64,000 nucleotides of DNA from Oscillospiraceae bacterium (GCA_965226565.1 CBDDDI010000004.1:408942-472941); one strand, 5' to 3'. Shown: positions 48,069 to 60,179, counted from the first letter of the stretch. Program-made: numbers and translations. Notes: generated by a model not told the origin, from the sequence alone.

Positions 48069-49430
48069 TTATTTTCCAACACAAAATCTTGAAAAAACAT
48101 TATCAACAACAGCTTCAGTAACTTTTTCACCAGTAAGTTCAAGCAAATAATCCGCAGCTTTATTAATCAAAACAGTAACTGCATCATATGTTTCGCCATT
48201 TGTCAAATCCAAAATAGCCATATTAATTAACTCATTAGCTTTTTCCAAACATTGTTTTTGTCTTTCATTAGCGACAACTCCAGATGAATAATCCAAACTT
48301 TTCATTTTAAATATTTCTTCTAAACATTTCTCAAGTTTATCTACACCAACTTGACTTTGAGCAGAAATATCAATTATATATTCAAAATGATCTTTCAAAT
48401 ATTGTTGATCAATTTTTAAATTCAAATCAGTTTTATTAATAACGCAAATACAATTTTTATCTTGCAAAATATCAATCAAATCTAAATCATCTTTGTCTAA
48501 TTCTCTTGAACCGTCAAAAACAGCAATAACTAAACTAGACTGATTTATTTTCTTATAAGCATATCCAACACCAACATTTTCGACAACATCTTCAGTCTCA
48601 CGAATACCAGCAGTATCAGAAAGCACCAAAATGTAATCTCCAATTGTAACTGATTCTTCAACAATATCTCTAGTAGTACCAGCAACATCAGTAACAATAC
48701 TTCTATCATATCCAGTCAAATAATTCATCAAAGTTGATTTACCAACATTAGGTTTTCCAACAATTGCAGTGTCAACACCTTGTCTTGCAATTTTGCCCAT
48801 ATAATATCCATCAATTAATTTATTTAAAGTATCCGATGTTGTTTGTAAAGAATCAATAAAATTGTTTAATTCAATAATAGGCAAATCTTCCTCAGGATAA
48901 TCAACCCAAGCAGCAAGTTCACCTAAAATTGTAATAAGTTTATCCGTCAAAGCCTTTATTGAAACAAAAAGTGAACCTTCATGAGTAGAAACAGCAGCTT
49001 TCAAAGCTTGTTCACCTTCAGCACTAATAACATCCATAACCGCTTCAGCTTGAGTCAAAGACATTTTACCATTCAAAAAAGCTCTTTTAGTAAATTCTCC
49101 AGCCATAGCAGGTTCAGCACCATTTTTAATTATCAAAGATAACACTTTTTTTGTAACAAAAACACCACCATGACAAGAAATTTCACAAACATTTTCACCA
49201 GTATAACTTCTAGGAGCATGAAAAACAGTCACAACTCCGTCATCAATTTCCTGATCACAATCAATTATTTTACCATAAGCACAAGTATTAGCACTCATTT
49301 TTTCAACACTTTTTGCAGAAGCTGTTGAAAAAATCTTAGATGCAATTTTAAAAGCATCTTCACCAGAAATTCTTATCACAGAAATACCACCTACAGCTAA
49401 AGGTGTAGCAATGGCACATATTGTACTCAT
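48069..49430 (-). CDS. mnmE: tRNA modification GTPase MnmE
   Basis: TICAIATPLAVGGISVIRISG, G1 GKPNVGKST, G3 DTAGIRET, and the C-terminal FCVGK. The start at 49430 is chosen by alignment logic. Confidence 0.95.
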   Translation of the reverse strand: MSTICAIATPLAVGGISVIRISGEDAFKIASKIFSTASAKSVEKMSANTCAYGKIIDCDQEIDDGVVTVFHAPRSYTGENVCEISCHGGVFVTKKVLSLIIKNGAEPAMAGEFTKRAFLNGKMSLTQAEAVMDVISAEGEQALKAAVSTHEGSLFVSIKALTDKLITILGELAAWVDYPEEDLPIIELNNFIDSLQTTSDTLNKLIDGYYMGKIARQGVDTAIVGKPNVGKSTLMNYLTGYDRSIVTDVAGTTRDIVEESVTIGDYILVLSDTAGIRETEDVVENVGVGYAYKKINQSSLVIAVFDGSRELDKDDLDLIDILQDKNCICVINKTDLNLKIDQQYLKDHFEYIIDISAQSQVGVDKLEKCLEEIFKMKSLDYSSGVVANERQKQCLEKANELINMAILDLTNGETYDAVTVLINKAADYLLELTGEKVTEAVVDNVFSRFCVGK

Positions 49431-49449
49431 AAAATTATATACCTCCATA

Positions 49450-49481
49450 CAAACAAAAGAGCATACTTTATAAGTATGCTC
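49450..49481 (-). terminator. terminator after jag
   Basis: On the minus strand: GAGCATACTT-3 nt-AAGTATGCTC followed by TTTTGTTTG. Confidence 0.55.
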
Positions 49482-49555
49482 AATAAGACTAAATAACTAA
49501 AACCAGTAAAATCTTTTAACTAAAATCCATATTATATCAAAACCATAGTTATAAA

Positions 49556-50335
49556 CTAAAATTCAATTTTAGAATAAAGTCCTGAACCAATATTATCTTC
49601 AGGTCTAGGTTTTTTATAATCTTTTTCAAAAGAAGTTTTAATATCAAAACTTTTCTTAGTATTATTATTTTTTCTATTTTGAGATTTATGTTTCGTATTT
49701 TTATTTGAAGATTGAGTAGCAGGATTATTAGAATAGATAATAACTTTTCTATAAGGATCTTGTCCAGTAGAACGAGAAACAATACCATCAATTACACTAA
49801 CTTTAGCATGAACAATTCTTCTTTCATAAGCATTCATCGGAGCCATAGCAGAAGATCTACCAGTTTTCAAAACTCTAGCACCAACTTTTTCAGTAAGTTG
49901 TTCAAGTTGCAATTTACGTTTTTCTCTATAATTATTAATATCCAAATTAATATGTTTAAAATCTTTTTCATTACGATTCATAACAATAGAAGAAAGATAT
50001 TGCAATGAATCAACCACTTCGCCACGTTTACCAATAATTTTTTCACATTCTGTGTTAACAGTAATCTTCAAATTATCTTCTTGAACCTCGCATTCAATTT
50101 TCGCATCATCAATTCCCATGTTCAAAATAATATTTTCCAAATATTGAACAACTAATTCTTCTTTAGAAGGCTCATAAATCGCATTAACTCTAGCTTGTCC
50201 TTTAATTCTACCAAATATAGATTTTTTCGGTTCTTCAACAATTTCAAAAGTAATTTTTTGCACATCTACTGCAAACTCTGAGGCAGCCAATTTTTTTGCT
50301 TCATCAACTGTTTTTGCACTAAACATTTTTTGCAT
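49556..50335 (-). CDS. jag: Jag/KhpB RNA-binding protein (Jag_N, KH, R3H) with a basic low-complexity C-terminal tail
   Basis: GKRGEVVDSLQYL (KH) and MNAYERRIVHAKV (R3H). An about 55-aa Asn/Lys-rich tail follows the R3H domain. Confidence 0.88.
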   Translation of the reverse strand: MQKMFSAKTVDEAKKLAASEFAVDVQKITFEIVEEPKKSIFGRIKGQARVNAIYEPSKEELVVQYLENIILNMGIDDAKIECEVQEDNLKITVNTECEKIIGKRGEVVDSLQYLSSIVMNRNEKDFKHINLDINNYREKRKLQLEQLTEKVGARVLKTGRSSAMAPMNAYERRIVHAKVSVIDGIVSRSTGQDPYRKVIIYSNNPATQSSNKNTKHKSQNRKNNNTKKSFDIKTSFEKDYKKPRPEDNIGSGLYSKIEF

Positions 50336-50358
50336 AAAATATCTCTCCTTTGTTATTA

Positions 50359-51504
50359 CTATTCATTATAGTCATCGCCATATTTTTCAGCCATTCTTCT
50401 TCTAGCCTCACTCAAGCGATCTTTTTCTATTTGTTTCATAGTTGATTTGGATACTTTAACATTTTTATCATCATTATCGCTGTTATTACTAACATTACCT
50501 TGAGCAGATTGTTGAGCCTTTTGAGCTTCTAAAGCTCTTTCATACATAGAAGGCCTACGTTTTTTATTATGTTTTCCGCTAGCTTTTTCTTTTTCAACAA
50601 TAAGAGTCATTCTTTCTGGAGAATACATTTTGTATAAAATCATACTTTGGAATAAAGCTAATACAGATGAAATAATCCAATATAAACCAACACCAGCAGG
50701 GAATTGGAAAGTCATTATTGCAGAAATAACAGGCATAACATAAAGCATAGCACTCATACCCATGCCCATTTGTTGCATTCCAGCATTATTTTTCTTAGAT
50801 TTACGTTGAGTATAAAGAGTAACACCTAAGTTTGCAATAAATGATAATATAGGAATTAATATCAAAATATTAAAAGCAAGTTGAGGCACATCACCTAAAT
50901 TTATTCCCAAGAATGAGAAATCAAAATCTGAAACTTTATTAACAAACTCTTGTCCAATACCATGATATTTATCACTATTTGAAACAGCCTCATTTAAGAA
51001 AGCTTCTTTATTTTGTCCAATCGCCTTAAGTATGTAGATTTCTGGTCTACGATCAAAATTAGCGTTTGAAACAATAGAATTAAAAACCTCACCTTTATCA
51101 CCTAAAGCAATAACAATATCTTTAGCAGCAGCAACTGTTTCTTTTGAGAATCTCAAAATATAAGTAAGTGGAGCATAAATTACATAATACAAACCAAATA
51201 AAATTGGCATTTGAATTAGCAACGGTAAGCATCCGCCCATTGGATTAGCGCCTTCTTCGCTATAAAGCTTCATCATTTCTTCTTGATATTTTTGTTTATC
51301 TTTACCATATTTCTTTTTTAATTTTTCTAGCTTAGGATTTAAAAGTTGCATACGTGCAGTACTTTTTTGTTGTTTTATTGACAACGGAAACAACACAACT
51401 TTTGTAACTAAAGCAAAAAATATAAGAGCTACACCATAATTATTAAATATAGAATAACATCCGTACATTAACCAACCAAACGGCCATGCAATAATTTGTG
51501 ACAT
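50359..51504 (-). CDS. yidC: membrane protein insertase YidC/SpoIIIJ with a long basic C-terminal tail
   Basis: PLSIKQQKSTARMQLLNP, GANPMGGCLPLLIQMPI, and an about 90-aa charged tail. Confidence 0.93.
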   Translation of the reverse strand: MSQIIAWPFGWLMYGCYSIFNNYGVALIFFALVTKVVLFPLSIKQQKSTARMQLLNPKLEKLKKKYGKDKQKYQEEMMKLYSEEGANPMGGCLPLLIQMPILFGLYYVIYAPLTYILRFSKETVAAAKDIVIALGDKGEVFNSIVSNANFDRRPEIYILKAIGQNKEAFLNEAVSNSDKYHGIGQEFVNKVSDFDFSFLGINLGDVPQLAFNILILIPILSFIANLGVTLYTQRKSKKNNAGMQQMGMGMSAMLYVMPVISAIMTFQFPAGVGLYWIISSVLALFQSMILYKMYSPERMTLIVEKEKASGKHNKKRRPSMYERALEAQKAQQSAQGNVSNNSDNDDKNVKVSKSTMKQIEKDRLSEARRRMAEKYGDDYNE

Positions 51505-51537
51505 CTAAAACCTCCACGATATTTTAAAAGCATAAAG

Positions 51538-51774
51538 CTATTTTTTTCTAAACAAATGATAATCATCCGGAACAAAATCTACTCCACCAGGATGAAATGG
51601 ATTACACTTAAAAAATCTTTTTAAAGTAAGAATTAATCCTTTAAAAGCACCAAATCTTTGAAATGCTTGAATAGAGTAAGTTGAACAAGAAGGATAAAAT
51701 CTACAACAAGGTTTTTTAAGTGGAGAAATATATTTTTGATATAAACTAACAAGCCAAATAAATAATTTTTTCAT
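51538..51774 (-). CDS. yidD: membrane protein insertion efficiency factor YidD
   Basis: [26 protein letters not shown] and [10 protein letters not shown]. Confidence 0.93.
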   Translation of the reverse strand: MKKLFIWLVSLYQKYISPLKKPCCRFYPSCSTYSIQAFQRFGAFKGLILTLKRFFKCNPFHPGGVDFVPDDYHLFRKK

Positions 51775-51783
51775 TTCAAACCT

Positions 51784-52131
51784 TTATTTTTTAAAATTCT
51801 TATTATTAATTTTTCTAACAACAACACGATTAAAAAAATCATAAATAACAGTTGACTTAACCAAAGGACATTGTTTTTTTGCAACAATAACAAAATCATA
51901 TCCAATAGGAAATAAAAGTTCAGTTTGAGAAAAAGCAGATTTAATAATTCTTCTAGCTCTATTTCTCATAACAGCATTACCAATTTTTTTACTTGTAGAA
52001 ATACCAAGTCTATTATAAGGCAAATTATTTTGTTTGTAATAAAAAACACATTCTTTACTACCAAAATATTTACCTTTTTTATAAACATTTAAAAAACTTT
52101 TATTTTGCGTTAAGCTTATTGTATTGATCAT
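51784..52131 (-). CDS. rnpA: ribonuclease P protein component
   Basis: The RNR motif region ISTSKKIGNAVMRNRARRIIKSAF. The start at 52131 is chosen by comparison with RnpA N-termini. Confidence 0.9.
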   Translation of the reverse strand: MINTISLTQNKSFLNVYKKGKYFGSKECVFYYKQNNLPYNRLGISTSKKIGNAVMRNRARRIIKSAFSQTELLFPIGYDFVIVAKKQCPLVKSTVIYDFFNRVVVRKINNKNFKK

Positions 52132-52160
52132 AAAATTTATTCTTTTCCTAAAATATATAC

Positions 52161-52188
52161 TAAAAAGAAAGACCACAATAAGTGGTCA
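52161..52188 (-). terminator. hairpin/attenuator between rpmH and rnpA
   Basis: On the minus strand: GACCAC-5 nt-GTGGTC followed by TTTCTTTTT. Confidence 0.45.
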
Positions 52189-52192
52189 CTTG

Positions 52193-52327
52193 TTAGTAAG
52201 AAAGTCTTGCTCTAGCTTTAGCACGTCTACGAGCTAAAACCTTACGTCCGTTTTTAGTTGCCATTCTCTTTCTAAAACCATGCTCTTTTTTTCTTTGAAG
52301 TTTTTTAGGCTGGTAAGTTCTTTTCAT
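52193..52327 (-). CDS. rpmH: 50S ribosomal protein L34
   Basis: Not in the ORF track (44 aa). The minus strand reads [51 protein letters not shown] lies 7 nt upstream of the ATG at 52327. Confidence 0.95.
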   Translation of the reverse strand: MKRTYQPKKLQRKKEHGFRKRMATKNGRKVLARRRAKARARLSY

Positions 52328-52969
52328 AAATAAATCCTCCCTTCAAAAACTGATATTATGCAGAAATTTATAATACATTTCTTTATCAATTATGAAATTG
52401 ATTTCAATAAAAAATTATGAAACCCTTGCAATTTAACATTATATAACATACACTATATTTTTGTCAAGTAAAAAAACAAAAATTTTAAATATCTTTACAT
52501 TCAACATTTTGTACATTTTAACGTGCAATTAACTTATTTAATATATAACATATTTAGAAATATCAATAAAAATAGACTTTAGGTAGAAAAATCAAAAAAT
52601 CTATGCTATACTATATAATGTAAAGTTGTATATTAATGACATTTAAAAACTTAAGAATTTTATAAATGGAAAAAGATTATAAAAACAACAAACTAAACAA
52701 CTTTTTCATAAACGATAGTACAAACTGTCGTCTATTTTTATGGTATAAATATTTATAGTATACATAATAAAAAAAATCAGCATCAAAATATTGCAAACAA
52801 AGTATTTAAAGTAACTCATCAAATATTTAGTAACCTTAGAAATAACCACATTATTGTATGATATATAAGTTGTAATTGACCATATATTATGCTATAATCT
52901 TTCTACACGTTTAATTTCAAAATAATTGACTTTATTAAACAAAAAATCACATCGCCGGGGGGATAATTA
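52328..52969. other. oriC: oriC left part / dnaA promoter region
   Basis: A 642-bp AT-rich spacer between divergent rpmH and dnaA. By eye there is no perfect TTATCCACA, only near matches ATAACCACA (52842-52850) and CATTCAACA (52498-52506). An extended -10 TGCTATAAT lies at 52890-52898. Confidence 0.5.
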
Positions 52970-52972
52970 TTG

Positions 52973-54331
52973 ATGGAATCATTTTCACACATATTTGAAA
53001 ATGTAAAAAAATACTGCATGCAAGACAATAACGTAAGTGAAATCGGATACAACAAATGGATAAAAATATTAGAGCCAATTAAACTTGAAGATGGGACAGC
53101 ATATTTATCAACAGAAAACGAGTTCACAAAAAACACAGCAATGTCAGTATATCTTACTGTTTTAAAAAGAGGATTTTTGGAAAATTTAGGATTTGATGTA
53201 AACATTGAAATATCAACAAGACAAAATCAAATACCTAAACAAGAGGATAATGAATTAATAAAAATGAACGAATTAAAGAAAAGCTATTCAAGAGCAAATT
53301 ACGATTTAACATTTGATAATTTCATAAAAGGAAAATCAAATGAACTAGCATATGCATTTTGTACTGCAGTAGCAGGAAAAAATGACAATTCAAGTGGATC
53401 ATACTCAAAAGATGTATTTAATCCATTATTTATTTATGGAGATTCTGGGCTTGGAAAAACTCACTTGTTAAAAGCTATCGCATATGAAATAGCAAATAAC
53501 AAACCAGATATGCGAGTAATTTATACAACAGGTGAAAATTTCACAAACGAACTAATTCGATCTATAACAGAAAAAGACACAACAAATTTCCATGAAAAAT
53601 ACAGAAATGCTGACTTTTTATTAGTGGATGACGTACAATTTATCGCAGGAAAAGAATCAACACAAGAAGAATTCTTCCACACATTTAATGAATTATATAA
53701 TTTAGGAAAACAAATAGTGCTTACTTCTGACATTCCACCAAGTAAAATGAAAAAACTTGAAGATAGAATGAAAAGTAGGTTTGTTCTTGGTGTGCAAGTA
53801 GATGTACAACCACCTGAATTTGAAACAAGAATGGCAATTGTTAAGCGCAAAGCAGAACTTTTAGATTTAAATTTACCTGATAATGTTGCAAGAATAATAG
53901 CAGAAAAAATCAGAACAAATATAAGACAACTTGAAGGTGCGGTTAACAAAATTAAAGGATTAACATTATTTTCTAATGAAACACCATCCATATCAATGGC
54001 ACAAAGAGTAATCAAAGAAAATTTAATAGATAATCAACCTGCAGAAATAACTGTAGATAAAATTTTGAGCGAAGTGGCAACAACATTTAATGTAACAGCA
54101 GACGAAATCAGATCTCAAAACAGAAATGCGCAAGTATCTTTAGCAAGAAAAGTATCAATTTATATAATAAGAGAAGTAAAAAACTTATCATATACACAAA
54201 TTGGCTCAGAATTACAAAGAGATCATTCAACAATGACAATCTCATATAGAGATGTACAAAAGAATATAGAAAAAAATGCTGGACTAAAAGAAACAATAGA
54301 AGATATAATAAAAAACTTAAAAGAAGTTTAA
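52973..54331 (+). CDS. dnaA: chromosomal replication initiator protein DnaA
   Basis: Walker A GDSGLGKTHLL, FLLVDDVQF, the sensor region, and a C-terminal DNA-binding domain (SYTQIGSELQRDHSTM). The ATG is at 52973, immediately after the TTG at 52970. Confidence 0.96.
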   Translation: MESFSHIFENVKKYCMQDNNVSEIGYNKWIKILEPIKLEDGTAYLSTENEFTKNTAMSVYLTVLKRGFLENLGFDVNIEISTRQNQIPKQEDNELIKMNELKKSYSRANYDLTFDNFIKGKSNELAYAFCTAVAGKNDNSSGSYSKDVFNPLFIYGDSGLGKTHLLKAIAYEIANNKPDMRVIYTTGENFTNELIRSITEKDTTNFHEKYRNADFLLVDDVQFIAGKESTQEEFFHTFNELYNLGKQIVLTSDIPPSKMKKLEDRMKSRFVLGVQVDVQPPEFETRMAIVKRKAELLDLNLPDNVARIIAEKIRTNIRQLEGAVNKIKGLTLFSNETPSISMAQRVIKENLIDNQPAEITVDKILSEVATTFNVTADEIRSQNRNAQVSLARKVSIYIIREVKNLSYTQIGSELQRDHSTMTISYRDVQKNIEKNAGLKETIEDIIKNLKEV

Positions 54332-54720
54332 TAACAATTTTTCCAACAACTTTCTAACAACATCAAACTAATATAATAAAAGAACTACAACTACATTTTC
54401 AACAAAACTAACACACAAAAATCTGTTTACATAACAAAAAACTGTGGAAAATTTAATTGTTTCAACATTTTTAACAGGTTTTTCAACAATTCACTAACTT
54501 TCAACAAACAAAAATCAACAGACCTAACAACTCAAAAATTTAACAACAAATTACTAAAAACGATTCAACAAAATCAAAACATCGCAAAACTAGTCTACAA
54601 AAAGTATTAAAGGACTTTTCAACAATTTAACAGCCTCTAATACTAATACTAAATTTTATATATTATATTTTTTATTTTTATTCTTCAATTTATATAAAAT
54701 TATAAATTTGAAAAAAATAA
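54332..54720. other. oriC: oriC right part: box array, GC cluster, TA[A/C] triplet run and AT-rich unwinding stretch
   Basis: Eight same-orientation boxes with the core (T/C)CAACA lie at 54340, 54396, 54459, 54480, 54498, 54512, 54562 and 54616; three are exact TTTTCAACA. One inverted TGTGGAAAA lies at 54443-54451. After the last box come CAGCCTC, TAATACTAATACTAA (54638-54652) and an almost pure A/T stretch to 54720. Confidence 0.6.
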
Positions 54721-54750
54721 TTGTTAAAAACCAAAGGAGAAAGAAAATTA

Positions 54751-55857
54751 ATGAAATTTATCTGTAATAAGCAAGAACTTTATGAAGCAATCAACAATGT
54801 ATCTAAAGCAGTTGCTATAAAATCTCCTATAACTGCATTAGAAGGAGTAAAATTTGAACTTAAAAATTCTACTCTTTACTTAACAGGATACAATTTAGAA
54901 ATTGGAATAAAAACTAAAATCAATGTAAAATCTGAAGACGAAGGCAAACTTGTAATAAATGCACGTTTATTTTTAGAAATTATAAAAAGAATGCCTACTG
55001 ATGAAATTAATATTGATATATCAGAAAATATGATTGTATCAATAACAAGTGGTTCAACAGAATACACAATATCAGCAAATACAATTGATGAGTATCCTGA
55101 ACTTCCTGAATTTGATCATAACGAAAGTATTACATTATCTCAAACATTACTTAAAAATATGATTAACCAAACAATATTTGCAGTGGCAACAAATGAAACA
55201 AAACCAATTTTAACTGGTGAATTATTTGAAATTGAAAATAACAATTTAAATATTGTTGCAATTGATGGATATAGATTAGCCTTAAGAACAAGTGAAGTTA
55301 ATTCTAACAAAAACTTTAAATTTGTAATTCCAGCAAAAGCTTTAAACGAAGTTGCAAAACTTTTAAAAGATGATGAAGAATTAACATGCAAAATTCAACT
55401 TAGTCAAAAACATATTATATTTGATATTTCTGGATATGAATTATTTTCAAGACTTCTTGAAGGAGAATTTCACAATTACAAAAATTCTATACCAACATCA
55501 AATACAACAGAAGTAATAATAAATACAAAAGATTTAATTCATTCTTTAGAAAGAGCATCACTTTTAATAAACGAAAGAATTAAAACTCATATAAAATGCA
55601 CATTCAAAGATGGATCTTTACAAACATCATGTTCATCAACACTTGGAAAAGTTAATGATATAATAAAAGCAGATATAACAGGAGATCCAATAACAATAGG
55701 TTTTAATAATAAATTCTTTATTGATCCATTAAAAACAATTGAAGATGATAAAATTAAATTACTAATGAATGGAAGTCGAGCACCATTAACAATAAAACCA
55801 TTAGAAGGTGATGATTTTACATTTTTAGTATTACCTGTGAGGTTAAATGATGAGTAA
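54751..55857 (+). CDS. dnaN: DNA polymerase III beta sliding clamp
   Basis: MKFICNKQELYEAINNVSKAV, a three-domain length of 368 aa. AAAGGAGAAAG lies upstream of the ATG at 54751. Confidence 0.95.
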   Translation: MKFICNKQELYEAINNVSKAVAIKSPITALEGVKFELKNSTLYLTGYNLEIGIKTKINVKSEDEGKLVINARLFLEIIKRMPTDEINIDISENMIVSITSGSTEYTISANTIDEYPELPEFDHNESITLSQTLLKNMINQTIFAVATNETKPILTGELFEIENNNLNIVAIDGYRLALRTSEVNSNKNFKFVIPAKALNEVAKLLKDDEELTCKIQLSQKHIIFDISGYELFSRLLEGEFHNYKNSIPTSNTTEVIINTKDLIHSLERASLLINERIKTHIKCTFKDGSLQTSCSSTLGKVNDIIKADITGDPITIGFNNKFFIDPLKTIEDDKIKLLMNGSRAPLTIKPLEGDDFTFLVLPVRLNDE

Positions 55858-56065
55858 ACCTATAGAAATAAAAATAACAACTGAATTTATAAAACTTGAC
55901 CAACTTTTAAAATTCTCAGGCATAGCAATGACTGGTGGAGAAGCAAAAGATATGATATTAAATGGTGAAGTTTTAGTCAATAATGAAATATGTACAATGC
56001 GTGGTAAAAAAATACGTGTTAATGACAAAATAAAAGTTTTTGAGGAAGAAATAATTGTAAAATAG
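55847..56065 (+). CDS. yaaA: S4-domain RNA-binding protein YaaA
   Basis: ITTEFIKLDQLLKFSGIAMTGGEAKDMILNGEVLVNNE, 72 aa. It occupies the dnaN-recF position and overlaps the dnaN end by 11 nt. Confidence 0.85.
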   Translation: MMSKPIEIKITTEFIKLDQLLKFSGIAMTGGEAKDMILNGEVLVNNEICTMRGKKIRVNDKIKVFEEEIIVK

Positions 56066-56074
56066 AGGTTTATT

Positions 56075-57205
56075 TTGATTATTGAAAATATAAAAGTAAA
56101 TGGATATAAAAATTTATCAAATATAGATATCAATTTACATCCAAATTTAAATATATTTTTAGGTAATAATGCTCAAGGCAAAACAAATTTAATAGAATTA
56201 ATATGGATTTTATCAGGTTGTAAAAGCTTTAGAGGAACAAAAGAAAAAGATTTTATAAATATAAATATGGATAATTTATCATGTTCTTTAAAATTCGAAA
56301 ACTCTTTTAGAGAACAAGAAATAAATTTTTCAATGATAAAACAATCTATTAAAAACAAAAAAATAACTTTAAATGGAGTATCAATTAAAACCTTATCTAA
56401 TTTATTTTCAAATTTAAAATGCGTAATTTTTACTCCAGAAGATTTAGAACTTTCAAAAGGATCACCAGAAAAAAGACGTGATTTTTTAGATTTATGTATC
56501 TCACAAATAAAACCAAGTTATTATAAAATAATCACAAAATATAATAATATTTTAACTCAACGCAATTTTTTACTTAAAAAAATATCTCAAAAAACTTCTA
56601 AAATAGAAGAACTTGAAGTATGGGATGAACAAATAGCAAGAATGGGATCATATATAACAGTTTTAAGATATAATTATATTCAAAAATTAAATTATTATTG
56701 CAATAATTTATATACAAAAATTTCAAATAACAAAGAAAATTTGCAATTAAAATATTCATCTTCTTTGTTTATAAATCTTGAAGGTAGAACTGACTATAAT
56801 GGAGAAATGGCAAATGAGTATTTAAAAAAACTCAAAAACAATATAAAAGATGATATAAAATATGGATTTACAGGAATAGGAATTCATAGAGATGATATTA
56901 TTTTAAATATAAATGATTTATTAGTTAAAGACTTTGGATCACAAGGTCAACAACGTTCAGTAGCTTTAGTAATGAAATTAGCTGAAGCTTATATATTAAC
57001 AGAAGAAACAAATGATTCTCCTGTAATTCTACTTGATGATGTTTTAAGTGAATTAGATTATAAAAGACAACAATTTATACTTTCATCAATAAAAAACATG
57101 CAAGTTTTTATAACATCATGTAATGAATTTAAAAAATCAAAAATTAATAATGGTTTGTGTTTTAATGTTGAAAATGGCCATATTGAAAATACAATAGGAG
57201 AGTAA
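56075..57205 (+). CDS. recF: DNA replication and repair protein RecF (TTG start)
   Basis: Walker A GNNAQGKTNLIE, signature-like GSQGQQRSVAL, and Walker B ILLDDVLSELD. AGAGG lies 6 nt before the TTG. Confidence 0.93.
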   Translation: MIIENIKVNGYKNLSNIDINLHPNLNIFLGNNAQGKTNLIELIWILSGCKSFRGTKEKDFININMDNLSCSLKFENSFREQEINFSMIKQSIKNKKITLNGVSIKTLSNLFSNLKCVIFTPEDLELSKGSPEKRRDFLDLCISQIKPSYYKIITKYNNILTQRNFLLKKISQKTSKIEELEVWDEQIARMGSYITVLRYNYIQKLNYYCNNLYTKISNNKENLQLKYSSSLFINLEGRTDYNGEMANEYLKKLKNNIKDDIKYGFTGIGIHRDDIILNINDLLVKDFGSQGQQRSVALVMKLAEAYILTEETNDSPVILLDDVLSELDYKRQQFILSSIKNMQVFITSCNEFKKSKINNGLCFNVENGHIENTIGE

Positions 57206-57206
57206 T

Positions 57207-57458
57207 ATGTTTTTACATTTAGGAAACAATGTAATAATTAATACTAAAAGTATAATTGGTATATTTGATATAGAAACAACATCAACAAGTCAAATAACCA
57301 AAGATTTTTTAAATAACACAAACAAAATAAAAATAATAAATGTTTCTTATGATATGCCAAAAACCTTTATTTTGAGCATAGAAAATAAAGAAATTTATAT
57401 ATATATTTCACCAATTTCTAGTTTAACACTTAGAAAGAGGTTTAAATACATTTTGTAA
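57207..57458 (+). CDS. remB: DUF370 protein (RemB/YaaB-like)
   Basis: MFLHLGNNVIINTKSIIGIFD and SPISSLTLRKR. It occupies the conserved recF-gyrB position. Confidence 0.8.
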   Translation: MFLHLGNNVIINTKSIIGIFDIETTSTSQITKDFLNNTNKIKIINVSYDMPKTFILSIENKEIYIYISPISSLTLRKRFKYIL

Positions 57459-57482
57459 AAAATGCATTTAAGTTAACAATAA

Positions 57483-59474
<1,992 letters not shown>

Positions 59475-59549
59475 TAATCTAAATTACTAATAAAAAGATA
59501 GAAATATATTAGAATTTATTTTAAACTTTTAGTATAATGAGGAGAAAAT

Positions 59550-60158
59550 ATGCAAGAAGTAAAAAGTGTATCTAAACTGAGTTTTGAATATAGCACATCA
59601 AATGATGATGAAAAATTTGCTTTTACACAGTTTCAAAGAATATTTACACTAAAGAAAAGAATTATAATGATAATTATACTTGCTATATTATCAGCGTTAT
59701 TTTTAGAACAAGTATTAAGAAATACAAGTTATACATTAGGATATATTGGTTTAGGTGTATCAGTATTTTTGTTATTTTTTAATTGTATTAATCCTTTTCT
59801 TATAAGAAAAAATTTAATGAAAGCTTTAAAAACTATAGAAAATGATATATATTCTTTTGAGCTTTTTGATAATAAAATGGAAATTACAACTGTCAAAATC
59901 AATGAAGACATTGATGAAGATGAAGAAGAAAATGATGAAAACGAAGAAAAAGAACCTGTTGTTTATAAACCTACAGTAATAAATTTTGATAACTCTACTT
60001 TAAGTATTATAGAATATAAAGAAATGTTTATTATATTTTTAGCAAAACAAAGTTTTTTTGTACTATCGAAAAAGTTTATAAATAATGAACAACAAGAAGT
60101 AATGCGTGATGTATTTAAAAATACTCTGGGAGAAAAGTTTAAAACAAAAAATCTTTAG
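59550..60158 (+). CDS. hypothetical membrane protein, YcxB-like architecture with an acidic insert
   Basis: Two TM helices (IIMIIILAILSALFL, IGLGVSVFLLFF) and a C-terminal FIIFLAKQSFFVLSKKFINNEQQ pattern like YcxB-family proteins. There is a DIDEDEEENDENEEKE insert. GAGGAG lies 6 nt upstream of the ATG. Confidence 0.5.
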   Translation: MQEVKSVSKLSFEYSTSNDDEKFAFTQFQRIFTLKKRIIMIIILAILSALFLEQVLRNTSYTLGYIGLGVSVFLLFFNCINPFLIRKNLMKALKTIENDIYSFELFDNKMEITTVKINEDIDEDEEENDENEEKEPVVYKPTVINFDNSTLSIIEYKEMFIIFLAKQSFFVLSKKFINNEQQEVMRDVFKNTLGEKFKTKNL

Positions 60159-60179
60159 AGATATAAAAAAAGAAAAGGC

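Noticed and set aside
52903-53205. 100-aa minus-strand ORF overlapping the dnaA start
   Set aside because: It is antisense to the well-supported dnaA N-terminus and to the dnaA promoter region. It has no SD and no recognisable motif.
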